A stretch of 64,000 bases of DNA, from positions 5,586-69,585 of IMG/VR virus record IMGVR_UViG_3300029297_000002, one strand, 5' to 3'. The notes under the pieces were generated by a model. It did no database searches. It was not told the origin of the DNA and saw only the letters and a program-made list of their open reading frames with translations. This DNA is from a virus. Its lineage: Duplodnaviria > Caudoviricetes. A program made the position numbers and the translations under genes. Positions 35,503 through 44,235 of the stretch are shown one piece after another (within the stretch, counting starts at the first letter, position 1; each line of letters starts with the position of its first letter).

Positions 35503-38118
35503 ATGGGCACAATAGCAAAAGGAGAAATCACACTTAGTCCGGTGAACGATGCTTATACAGTATTGCTCACCCCGTCTTCGTGTTCGATTTCTGCTGATTT
35601 TGATGGCTCAAATCCCAATTTGACTAATGCAAAAGGCACAATCACAGTTAAGCGTGGAACCAAAATAGTACCATTCAAAGTACGTCAAGTTATATATTCT
35701 TCTGCTGGAATTTCCGTAAGTTGGCCATTTCAAGAGGTTACAACGCTGTCCTTTGCGATGACTAAACTTGCTAATACTATTTTAGACGGTTATGTGAAAT
35801 TCCAAATTACCACACAAGACGGTTTCAATTATACAACCGAAGTTCAATTCTCTTTCAATGTAGTACGTGAATCGACCATGCTTGATTGGATTCAGGATTG
35901 GGAGGGCAATAAAACCAAAGTTGGTGGCACCTATATAATGACCCCCAAGCTGTTCGTTGGTAAGAAAGAGGCCGTCCTTGACACTTCTGGCACTCAGCCA
36001 ACATGGAAAGAAGGAGCATTGACAGGCGTGTACATCGGCCCTGATTTGCTTGCTTCAGGTGAGAGCAGCAATGGTATTTACGGTTATCTAAAAAGTCAAG
36101 AAATCTTTCATCTAAATGGAGATGGGGGCATGATTGGTGGATGGGGCATTGACTCTTATGGTATCTCCAGCAAAGAAGGTAGGCTGCAAATTCTCAGCAA
36201 TGGTGTAATTCGCGCTATCAATGCAGAAGGAGACGCTATATGGAGTATCGGAGAAAACGGTGAAGCCAGTTTTGCGATGGAGAATGTGAGATTTTATGCA
36301 AACGGTGACGCCGAGTTCAAAGGGAAAATCACATCTCAGGAAGGCTCTATAGGTGGATGGACCATTGAGGAGGGGCGTATTTATAATATACCTATTGGAA
36401 TATCTGCTGCCCAGAAATATATTGCCATTGCAAACGTGAGCAAACTTGAACTCGACAGTGAATGGGGAGATGACCATTGGGGGTGGATGCGTGGATATGG
36501 CGGCGCCGCATTATATTATAGCGCCAGCAATAATTTTGGCTTTGTAGCGTATGGAACAGGTGGGGATAATTTAGTTTTTTCCGCTGGTTCTACCAATTGT
36601 ATTGCCGGCTGGAACTTCGATACAGAAGCAATTTGGTCTGGTGATAAGAATAATACTGTTAAGGGATATGCTACAAATGGCATAACAATTGGCTCTAATG
36701 GTTTGCGTGGTATCAAATGGTATATTGACGCAAATGGAGACGTGTCGTTTATGGGAGGCAAAATCACATTCTCTGCTGCTGACAATGGCGGTGAGATTGT
36801 GGGGTGGAAACTTAATGCAAGCCGTTTCTCTACGGATAAGATAACTCTTGTGTCAGATGACGCAAACACTGGGCTATATATGTCTGCTGCGGCAAATTCA
36901 CAGTTCAATTCCAGGTCTGCTGCATCATTGGAAAACTTTATAGATTCCTATGGTGGTATTTACTTGAAGGTTAAAGCTGATAGTGCAGACCTTGCTGCAT
37001 ACGATTTGAATGGTAAACGTATTTTCAAGATTAAAAGCAATGGTGTCAGTCGTATTGCCGGCTGGAACTTCGATAACGCGACCCTCTACACTGGCACTGC
37101 CGCAACTTCTGGATATACAAACACTGGAGAAATCACTCTTGGTCCTACAGGATTGCGTGGCTATAAATGGAAATTTGAAAACGATGGCTCTGGCGCATTG
37201 GCTGGTGGTAAGATCAATTGGGATGCAGACGGCAATCTTAATGTTGATGCTCAGATTAGCGCAAACAATATTACTGCTGGTACTATATCTACTGCATCTA
37301 TTCAATGTGAAGGAAAATGGGCTTTACTTACAGACGGCTCAGGATATTTAGCATCCAACCATCTGTTTTGGGATGATAATGGTAATCTAACCGTAGAAGG
37401 AAAGATTGTTGCCACATCTGGTAGTATTGCGGGGTTCAAAATTTCATCAGGGTGCATCGGGGTTGAAAGTTCAAGTAGTTCTGAACCAGGGTCAAATTCG
37501 CAAGCGGATTGGGCAGCTTTAACAATTTATAAAGATTTCTTTAAGGTTGGAGGAGCTAAAGGATATGTCATGTTTGGCAATGATGTTATTCCGGGCACAG
37601 CAGGTGGTGCTTTCACTGCTGTTGGCCGTATTGTCAATAATGCTCCTAATACTTTTGGGTATTATGGATTTGATCAAGCAAATTACGGTTTGCTAATCAA
37701 TGTTACCGGTGGTACGAAAAACTATGGTATAGAATCAAACGCTGCTTTGAAGGCTCCTGCATTTATCAACACAAAAGCTAAAATATTGACTTTTGAAAGT
37801 GGCTCCTATACTGTTGATTTCTCGCAATACAATATTATTTTGATGTATTACAATCAGCCAGATTATAGCGGTACAGAAGTCGCTCTCCCAACAGAATCAT
37901 CTGTGGCACAACAATTTGGTCTAAGCACTCTTCCAGATGACTTTGCTACTATAGTGACTTTTAGAGTAAGACCTGGTTCAAAGAAGATCATATTGAAAGG
38001 TATTTATAATCACAATGAAGGAGTGCAAGATTACGAAATGGCTTCTGGAGATTCTATAACAGTGTTGATTAGCAAAATTGATGGTTTCAGATACCAAATA
38101 CTAAATCATTCAAGTTAA
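35503..38118 (+). CDS. Tail fibre-like protein with I(G/A)GW repeats
   Basis: Repeated IGGWGI/IGGWTI/IAGWNF/IVGWKL/IAGWNF/IAGFKI units. Confidence 0.65.
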   Translation: MGTIAKGEITLSPVNDAYTVLLTPSSCSISADFDGSNPNLTNAKGTITVKRGTKIVPFKVRQVIYSSAGISVSWPFQEVTTLSFAMTKLANTILDGYVKFQITTQDGFNYTTEVQFSFNVVRESTMLDWIQDWEGNKTKVGGTYIMTPKLFVGKKEAVLDTSGTQPTWKEGALTGVYIGPDLLASGESSNGIYGYLKSQEIFHLNGDGGMIGGWGIDSYGISSKEGRLQILSNGVIRAINAEGDAIWSIGENGEASFAMENVRFYANGDAEFKGKITSQEGSIGGWTIEEGRIYNIPIGISAAQKYIAIANVSKLELDSEWGDDHWGWMRGYGGAALYYSASNNFGFVAYGTGGDNLVFSAGSTNCIAGWNFDTEAIWSGDKNNTVKGYATNGITIGSNGLRGIKWYIDANGDVSFMGGKITFSAADNGGEIVGWKLNASRFSTDKITLVSDDANTGLYMSAAANSQFNSRSAASLENFIDSYGGIYLKVKADSADLAAYDLNGKRIFKIKSNGVSRIAGWNFDNATLYTGTAATSGYTNTGEITLGPTGLRGYKWKFENDGSGALAGGKINWDADGNLNVDAQISANNITAGTISTASIQCEGKWALLTDGSGYLASNHLFWDDNGNLTVEGKIVATSGSIAGFKISSGCIGVESSSSSEPGSNSQADWAALTIYKDFFKVGGAKGYVMFGNDVIPGTAGGAFTAVGRIVNNAPNTFGYYGFDQANYGLLINVTGGTKNYGIESNAALKAPAFINTKAKILTFESGSYTVDFSQYNIILMYYNQPDYSGTEVALPTESSVAQQFGLSTLPDDFATIVTFRVRPGSKKIILKGIYNHNEGVQDYEMASGDSITVLISKIDGFRYQILNHSS
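36599..37075 (+). repeat. Perfect 24-nt direct repeat (36599-36622 and 37052-37075)
   Basis: GTATTGCCGGCTGGAACTTCGATA occurs twice, in frame, 453 nt apart. Confidence 0.85.
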
Positions 38119-38798
38119 TGCGTAGAGATATAGAAATACATATTATAACTGGTGATGTTGCCATCAGCCCCCGGAATAAAATCAAATTGAGAGAGTTTCG
38201 GTGGGTTGATGAACCGACATTATTATCTCGTTATATTTATGGTGAGATAGATGTGCCATATACACTTAGCGAGCGCACCATACTTAATCAAGGGGTGTGC
38301 TTCGTAATTCCTTATACACCGAAATACAAAGAGTTCATGCTCCGAATCCGGCGTGTAAATGAAGATGGATCATTTGTCTATGTCAACAACGATGTAGATG
38401 GTTCCCAGTGGTTTATTGTTAAGTCACAAGTGTATGGCGCCACATTAAGAAATGTATTTGCATCAGAGTTGCCTTCTATATCGGAGAATGGATTCTTCGT
38501 CATGCTCAAAGATGGCATTGCTCAATTATATTCCAGCAGTCAATCCGATTTTAATATCATCAAGGCTGGACGACAGAACGCAAACTGCCTTCTTGCTTGT
38601 TTCCCTGGTGGCAACTATCGTTACCCATTGACGGGCGTTGGCCTTGCTCGATGGATTAACTCAAACAATGTGACATCAACCAGTCTGACCAAAGTACTTC
38701 AAGATGAATTTGGTGCAGACGGCGTAACCATTCGTAATGCCGCCTACAATTATGAGACCAAGCAAATGGAGTTGGACGCAAAAGATTTGGAGGGCTAA
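38118..38798 (+). CDS. Putative baseplate wedge protein (gp25/gpW-like C-terminus)
   Basis: YRYPLTGVGL motif; start of the wedge gene cluster. Confidence 0.45.
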   Translation: MRRDIEIHIITGDVAISPRNKIKLREFRWVDEPTLLSRYIYGEIDVPYTLSERTILNQGVCFVIPYTPKYKEFMLRIRRVNEDGSFVYVNNDVDGSQWFIVKSQVYGATLRNVFASELPSISENGFFVMLKDGIAQLYSSSQSDFNIIKAGRQNANCLLACFPGGNYRYPLTGVGLARWINSNNVTSTSLTKVLQDEFGADGVTIRNAAYNYETKQMELDAKDLEG

Positions 38799-38801
38799 AC
38801 T

Positions 38802-39704
38802 ATGGGCGTATATACAGTAAAACCGAACCAGAATTTGTTTGATGTAGCTCTGCATTTGTATGGCAGCATCGAAGGACTATTTGACCTTCTCATTAGTAAC
38901 CCGGAACTCAATATGACTTCAGACCTTGTGTATGGTCAAGAACTCATATACCATGAAGATTTTGTATTGAATGAATCAGTTGTGAGCGAGTTCAAAAAAC
39001 AAAATATCACCCCCTCATCTGGAGCACGTAAAGTCTATTTCAAACGTCCTGGTGAAGATTTGATATTCCTTGTAGGAGTCAATGCGAATATGGTCTTCAC
39101 TTCCTTCAAAGCTGCGGGAGAAGGTACAATGATTATTGATTGGGGAGACAATACGGAATTGGAACATGTACAATTATCCGTAGCTGTACAATCTATTGAA
39201 CATTATTTTGATAATGAGACAGAAAAGAGACGCATCCGCATTTATGGAGATACCCAAATGCTAAAATTCACTCAGCTCGATACAACAGGGTTAGGTGGAG
39301 CTTTGATTCTTTGTAAGCCTGTTGTTGTCGATGAATATGCTTGCACTAATCGTGGGTATTCATTGGTAGGGTTATCTATGTTTGAGGGCACATATAAGAT
39401 AGACCTTCATTCGACTACTATTGATAGTCTGCTACCGATAGGCGACATGAGCCTTCAGGAACTTGACTTGACAGATGTTCGTTTCCTGCATGATAACACT
39501 GTGGACGATTATTTTGAATATATTGTGGCTCATCATGCCGACCGTCGGCCTTGCACTATATGGCTGACAACAGAGCCTTCAGAAAGAGGATATGCAGCTA
39601 TCAATACAATTCTAAATGAGCCGGAGTGGAACATTTCAGACACATGGGAATTTTATATTAACAATCAATTATATCAACCTGACAATGGCACGAACATTAA
39701 GTGA
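38802..39704 (+). CDS. LysM/tail-X-domain baseplate protein
   Basis: N-terminal YTVKPNQNLFDVALHLYGSIEGLFDLLISNPEL. Confidence 0.65.
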   Translation: MGVYTVKPNQNLFDVALHLYGSIEGLFDLLISNPELNMTSDLVYGQELIYHEDFVLNESVVSEFKKQNITPSSGARKVYFKRPGEDLIFLVGVNANMVFTSFKAAGEGTMIIDWGDNTELEHVQLSVAVQSIEHYFDNETEKRRIRIYGDTQMLKFTQLDTTGLGGALILCKPVVVDEYACTNRGYSLVGLSMFEGTYKIDLHSTTIDSLLPIGDMSLQELDLTDVRFLHDNTVDDYFEYIVAHHADRRPCTIWLTTEPSERGYAAINTILNEPEWNISDTWEFYINNQLYQPDNGTNIK

Positions 39705-40593
39705 AATATATGCTGAGGCAAAAGATAGTCGCAACCAGTATCTTGAGCTCACAGAGTTCGAGAACAGCTCTAAGATGTCTATAATTGACGCATTTACATG
39801 GGTTACATCGGCGTGCATCTGGACATTCGAAAATGTTTTGGATGTATTTAAGATTGATCTGGCGAAAGACCTTCAGAATCGAATCAATGGCACTCCGGCA
39901 TACTTTGCCAATGCTCTATTGAAATACCAATCTGGCGATGAACTGGTGGTGAATGAAGATGGGACAGCCTTTTCTTATCCTAATATTGACGCATCTAAGC
40001 GTGTCATTACGAAAGTGGCATATTTTGAGGAGGAAGAGGTTGGGTTCCATGATAAGCTGGTTCGTTTCAAGATAGCGACAGGAAAGCCCGGCGCCTATGC
40101 TCGTATTGAGGAGGACGAGTTGATTTCAATCCGGGCCTATCTCAATCAAATATTGTTTGCCGGTCAACATGCTAAAGTGGTTAGTCGCATTGGTGATGTA
40201 TTGATACCACGGGTAGTTGTGTATTACGATGGTGCTGTGACCGAAGATGAGATGTATCAAACAATTGAAGATGCCCTCAATGAATATATCGCTAATATCG
40301 AGTTTAATGGTTTAGTGTATGCTCAGAAAGTAATTGATAGCATCCAGAGCGTTGAACACGTTACTGATGTGTCTGTTTCTTCAGACGATACTGACCATCA
40401 AGGCATATTTGTTGCCAAGTATGACGACGATAATCATCTTATCAAAGATGAAAATGGCAATGTCCAGACTAAAATTGGACGCTACTATATCCCCAATTCT
40501 GGCTATATCAAGCAGAGCTCTTGCGCCGATGAGGAAGTGGATATTCCTTTGTGGCGTGATACAATAATTCTTAAACTGGAAGATAACGTATGA
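39685..40593 (+). CDS. Baseplate J-like wedge protein
   Basis: Start reassigned to 39685 (MARTLSEI); IEDALNEYIANIEFNG..IDSIQSVEHVTDV. Confidence 0.65.
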   Translation: MARTLSEIYAEAKDSRNQYLELTEFENSSKMSIIDAFTWVTSACIWTFENVLDVFKIDLAKDLQNRINGTPAYFANALLKYQSGDELVVNEDGTAFSYPNIDASKRVITKVAYFEEEEVGFHDKLVRFKIATGKPGAYARIEEDELISIRAYLNQILFAGQHAKVVSRIGDVLIPRVVVYYDGAVTEDEMYQTIEDALNEYIANIEFNGLVYAQKVIDSIQSVEHVTDVSVSSDDTDHQGIFVAKYDDDNHLIKDENGNVQTKIGRYYIPNSGYIKQSSCADEEVDIPLWRDTIILKLEDNV

Positions 40594-41117
40594 GGTACTT
40601 TATCAATTTTGACAAAACGATAAATCAGCTTGTGCCTTACTATATAGGAGGACGCAAACTGATTCTATATCTGCAAGCATTGATGTCCCCGTTACAGCGT
40701 GTCAATGACGGCTTTGTAGAATATGCCAAAGAAACGAGAATCGAAGCCGCTATGACCTCTCAGATTGTTAAGTTTGAGTGGTACCTCAATCGTAAATTCA
40801 AAAAGTATTTTGCGAATGGTGGGCGAATTGCGATTAAAAACTCTGAAGCATTAGGCACTCCGATTTATCACGAATCAGCCAACATTGACGTGGAGCAAAA
40901 TATATTAGTGTACCACGACAAAGAGGCTGGTGTTACTCGCCAATTGATTTTATATCGTAGTGATGAACAGACAGAAGAAAGCTCTGTTAGTTTTATCGTT
41001 ACGACACCCCAAATTGATACGAAGCTTATTACAGAGCAAAAATATGTCGCAATGCTGAAATATGTCATAGACAGGTATCGGCTTGCAAATAAAACTTATA
41101 TCATCAAATACGATTGA
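40590..41117 (+). CDS. Baseplate wedge protein (gpI-like position)
   Basis: Follows the J-like gene; SQIVKFEWYLN, IDRYRLANKTY. Confidence 0.55.
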   Translation: MRYFINFDKTINQLVPYYIGGRKLILYLQALMSPLQRVNDGFVEYAKETRIEAAMTSQIVKFEWYLNRKFKKYFANGGRIAIKNSEALGTPIYHESANIDVEQNILVYHDKEAGVTRQLILYRSDEQTEESSVSFIVTTPQIDTKLITEQKYVAMLKYVIDRYRLANKTYIIKYD

Positions 41118-41118
41118 A

Positions 41119-42879
41119 ATGAAAGAATTTAGCGCACAAACCGGTGGACGTTACACCTATGCCGACGACCTGGAAAACCTTCAGGATTTGGCGTTAGCTT
41201 TTGCTCAGATTTTTGATGACTGTGACAACTTCATTGTAAGCGGTTGTGAAATTACAGGCAGTGCTATCAGTGCTGGCTATGTGTTCTTGAATGGAAAATT
41301 CCGCTATTTCTCAGGTGCTACAGGTATCACGTCATGGCCCCAGTACATTTATGAAGCCAATTCTACCGAAAATATGCCTTATGAAAGCGGTGGCTCAAAG
41401 GTTGGCCGTAACATTTATGGATGTGCCATAGGTAAGTCTGTCCCCGTAAAGCAAGACGAGCTCACTGGTAAAGCCCTTCAGTCTATTGCAATGCCTTCAA
41501 CAGGCGGGCTACGCATGAAGGACGCCTTTATCGGTAAATACGCTCTTTTGCTCAATCCTGCAAGCAGTTCGCAAACTGTCAACAGTGTTGTAAATTTTGC
41601 CAAGACAATCAATGCTAATGGCGATGTTACGGTCAACAAGAGTGTCACTATTAAATCTGGTGCAATCAAAACAGAGATAAACTATAGCGGCAGTACGCTT
41701 AATGTCAAATACACCGGCAATGCGAATAATTATCAATTGTCGTTAGAAGACGGCGTGGGCCTTCGCTTTTATGCAAATGGTACTTTGATTGCCACCATTG
41801 GAGCATCTGCTATAACTTTCAGCAAACCAATATCAGCAAATGAGGGCATGTTTGGTGGGCTCGTACTGACTGCTAACAACTTGTATCAAGGAACGGCCAA
41901 TGCGACCAGTGAGTTGGCTATCAATGTATGCGGTTACAACGGCGGTATCACCCAGTTCAGAACCACCCATATCGGAAATGGTAAGGGAAAAATTCTGTTT
42001 AGCATTGTCGGTTCTGAAGGAAGTGCCAATATATATGGCGTGACAAAAATAGAGGCTGGCGTTACTGATGGGCTAATCCTGAAAGCAAATGCTCAGAAAG
42101 AAAACAATAATCTGACTAATGCTATTTCTTGGCGTGACTCACTCAACAATGTTATGGCCCGCATTGGCTTTTTGAGCACCACAGATCAAGTATTCTCTAT
42201 TTTGGCTCCATCATACAATCTCAGTATTATGGGCCACGCCAATGTAAACATTGGTCCGGCTATTATGGAAGATGGCATATTGCTTTCTGAGAAATATGTG
42301 CTGGCGACCAATTTCACTAAAGAATTGAATAAGAAAGCCAACACAGCAGACGTTTATACAACCATTCAAGCAAATGAGAAATTTGCGATAAAAGCCGGTG
42401 GGTTATCGCAGTTTGTATCGACAGCTGTTACTGCGGATGATTGCCGTTTTCATATAGGCGCTATTGGCAAAGACGATTTGAACTCGTATGCAAAACTGTC
42501 AAATTGCCTTGCTGATATGGCAACAAGCGATGCACTAAAACAGAAGATCCGCAACAACATCGGAGCTGCTGGCGTAGGCGATTTTCAGTCTAAATTAACA
42601 GATTCTGGTTGGAAATGGATTAAAGATTCACTGTATGTACGTCAAATTGGCAATATAGTTTGCATACAGGGTTCTACTAAAACAGTACATTCAGGTACGG
42701 TATTTACTATTCCAAACACTATAGCACCTCCAAGCCATTCTGTGAAGCACACGATAGCATTTTCTAACAACAGGAATTGGACTTGTAAAATCGCTGCCAA
42801 TCAAAGGGCATGTACAGTTGTCTATTGTAGTGGCAGCTGTGGGAAAACAACAGAATTTTCAATCACTTATATGGTATAG
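41119..42879 (+). CDS. Baseplate-anchored tail fibre protein
   Basis: Start reassigned to 41119; DDLENLQ, IVSGC..ISAGYVFLNG N-terminus; DSGWK..YVRQIGNIVCIQG C-terminal domain. Confidence 0.65.
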   Translation: MKEFSAQTGGRYTYADDLENLQDLALAFAQIFDDCDNFIVSGCEITGSAISAGYVFLNGKFRYFSGATGITSWPQYIYEANSTENMPYESGGSKVGRNIYGCAIGKSVPVKQDELTGKALQSIAMPSTGGLRMKDAFIGKYALLLNPASSSQTVNSVVNFAKTINANGDVTVNKSVTIKSGAIKTEINYSGSTLNVKYTGNANNYQLSLEDGVGLRFYANGTLIATIGASAITFSKPISANEGMFGGLVLTANNLYQGTANATSELAINVCGYNGGITQFRTTHIGNGKGKILFSIVGSEGSANIYGVTKIEAGVTDGLILKANAQKENNNLTNAISWRDSLNNVMARIGFLSTTDQVFSILAPSYNLSIMGHANVNIGPAIMEDGILLSEKYVLATNFTKELNKKANTADVYTTIQANEKFAIKAGGLSQFVSTAVTADDCRFHIGAIGKDDLNSYAKLSNCLADMATSDALKQKIRNNIGAAGVGDFQSKLTDSGWKWIKDSLYVRQIGNIVCIQGSTKTVHSGTVFTIPNTIAPPSHSVKHTIAFSNNRNWTCKIAANQRACTVVYCSGSCGKTTEFSITYMV

Positions 42880-42881
42880 CA

Positions 42882-43091
42882 ATGAAAACGTACAATTCAC
42901 CCGCACAGGCTCGCAACTTGCGAGAAATTGAGGCCGCAGCCGCCTCTCCAGTAATTAACATTATTCCTACAATCAATGGCGACATTCAACCCGTACAAGC
43001 CGCAGAAGAAGGGGAAGAAAAGAGGACGGAAGCCGAAGCCGAAACCCCAGCCAAAAAAACGCGGTCGAAAAAGAATACCAAGGAGGTTTGA
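42882..43091 (+). CDS. Small hypothetical protein
   Basis: ATG 2 nt after the fibre stop; overlaps the next ORF by 116 nt. Confidence 0.45.
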   Translation: MKTYNSPAQARNLREIEAAAASPVINIIPTINGDIQPVQAAEEGEEKRTEAEAETPAKKTRSKKNTKEV

Positions 43092-43365
43092 TGAAGTTCC
43101 TCTTGGTTATAGTTTGCGATTGAACGCCCCATTAGAGTTCGACCTCATTATGCAAGTAGTCGGCTCTAATGGGATCCCAGACGCAGATTTGGTGGAAGCC
43201 ATTAGCTATTCATCCAAAAATACATATTTCAGGACTGTGGATTTCAGACGAGTTCTGATTTTATATAGAAATGAAGGCTGTTATGCAGAACACCCCAAGA
43301 GACCACCAAATCCTAAAACTATTGTGACTGCGATAAATAAGCGAAAAAGTATGATGAAAGGATAA
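42976..43365 (+). CDS. Basic protein with AT-hook-like KKRGRK repeats
   Basis: KKGKKRGRKPKPKPQPKKRGRKRIPRR; ends just before a terminator. Confidence 0.6.
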   Translation: MATFNPYKPQKKGKKRGRKPKPKPQPKKRGRKRIPRRFDEVPLGYSLRLNAPLEFDLIMQVVGSNGIPDADLVEAISYSSKNTYFRTVDFRRVLILYRNEGCYAEHPKRPPNPKTIVTAINKRKSMMKG

Positions 43366-43388
43366 TTTCAAAAATAGTCAAAAAAATT

Positions 43389-43420
43389 AGTGCGAATGAG
43401 GAAATTGTTCGCACTTTTTT
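43389..43420 (+). terminator. Terminator at end of structural region
   Basis: AGTGCGAAT/GTTCGCACT stem followed by a T run. Confidence 0.75.
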
Positions 43421-43442
43421 CACGCTCTTGAAAATTTTTGAT

Positions 43443-43450
43443 TAACTTTG
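43443..43450 (+). promoter_or_regulatory. Bacteroidetes -7 promoter element for thyX-nrdDG
   Basis: TAACTTTG(CA) in the intergenic region, about 60 nt before ATG 43513. Confidence 0.65.
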
Positions 43451-43512
43451 CACCGCATTTCAAATTGACTTCGTACAGAATTTATTTGTTAAAACTATGC
43501 AAACTCCTATAA

Positions 43513-44235
43513 ATGAAGGATTTTACTGTGTCTGTACGAAAGCTTACAGACTTAGAACTTTTACAAGAGGCGTGTGCTACGACGTTTTTGGGAACCAGTC
43601 ATGCGACACTAAGTTCTCTTTATAAGTCTGAGCACTCTCCAGTACGCACTCAGCTGTTTTGGATTAGCCTCAAAAACATTCCTCTTTACATTAGTACACA
43701 CTTAATTCGTCACCATGTTGGTTCTGTTCCTTTTCAGCTAACTTGTCGAGATGATAGAAACGGGGGCAACCCTGGTCTGCCCGGCAAGGTGGATTTAATT
43801 ATTGAGCGTATCAGAGGATTGGTAGATACTTGGCATAATGGTGGTGCATTTATTAGCAACCATCAGCATGAAGTAGATGCAATCTATGAAGAGCTGGAGT
43901 GGCTTAAAAATAATGCTGACAGAGAAACTCCAGTCAACCTTAGTTTATGTATCAATGCCCAATCATTGATTGACATGTCGAAGTTGAGATTGTGTACTGG
44001 ATGTGCATCGCCCGGCACTGTAGTCGTGTTTCAGGCAATAAAAGAAGAGATTGTAAAAATTGACCCAGATTTGGCTTCGGTAATGGTTCGTAAATGCGTG
44101 TATCGAGGTGGCATTTGCGGAGAGCCAAGATGCTGTGGATTTAACGGAACTCAGAAATTTCGTGAAGAATTGTCTCGATATTTATCAAATTTCAATCAAA
44201 AACAAAAAGGGTTATTCCATGAAAACTGTAATTAA
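43513..44235 (+). CDS. FAD-dependent thymidylate synthase (ThyX/Thy1)-like protein, divergent
   Basis: EHSPVR, HLIRHH, INAQSLIDMSKLRLC; adjacent to nrdD. Confidence 0.65.
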   Translation: MKDFTVSVRKLTDLELLQEACATTFLGTSHATLSSLYKSEHSPVRTQLFWISLKNIPLYISTHLIRHHVGSVPFQLTCRDDRNGGNPGLPGKVDLIIERIRGLVDTWHNGGAFISNHQHEVDAIYEELEWLKNNADRETPVNLSLCINAQSLIDMSKLRLCTGCASPGTVVVFQAIKEEIVKIDPDLASVMVRKCVYRGGICGEPRCCGFNGTQKFREELSRYLSNFNQKQKGLFHENCN

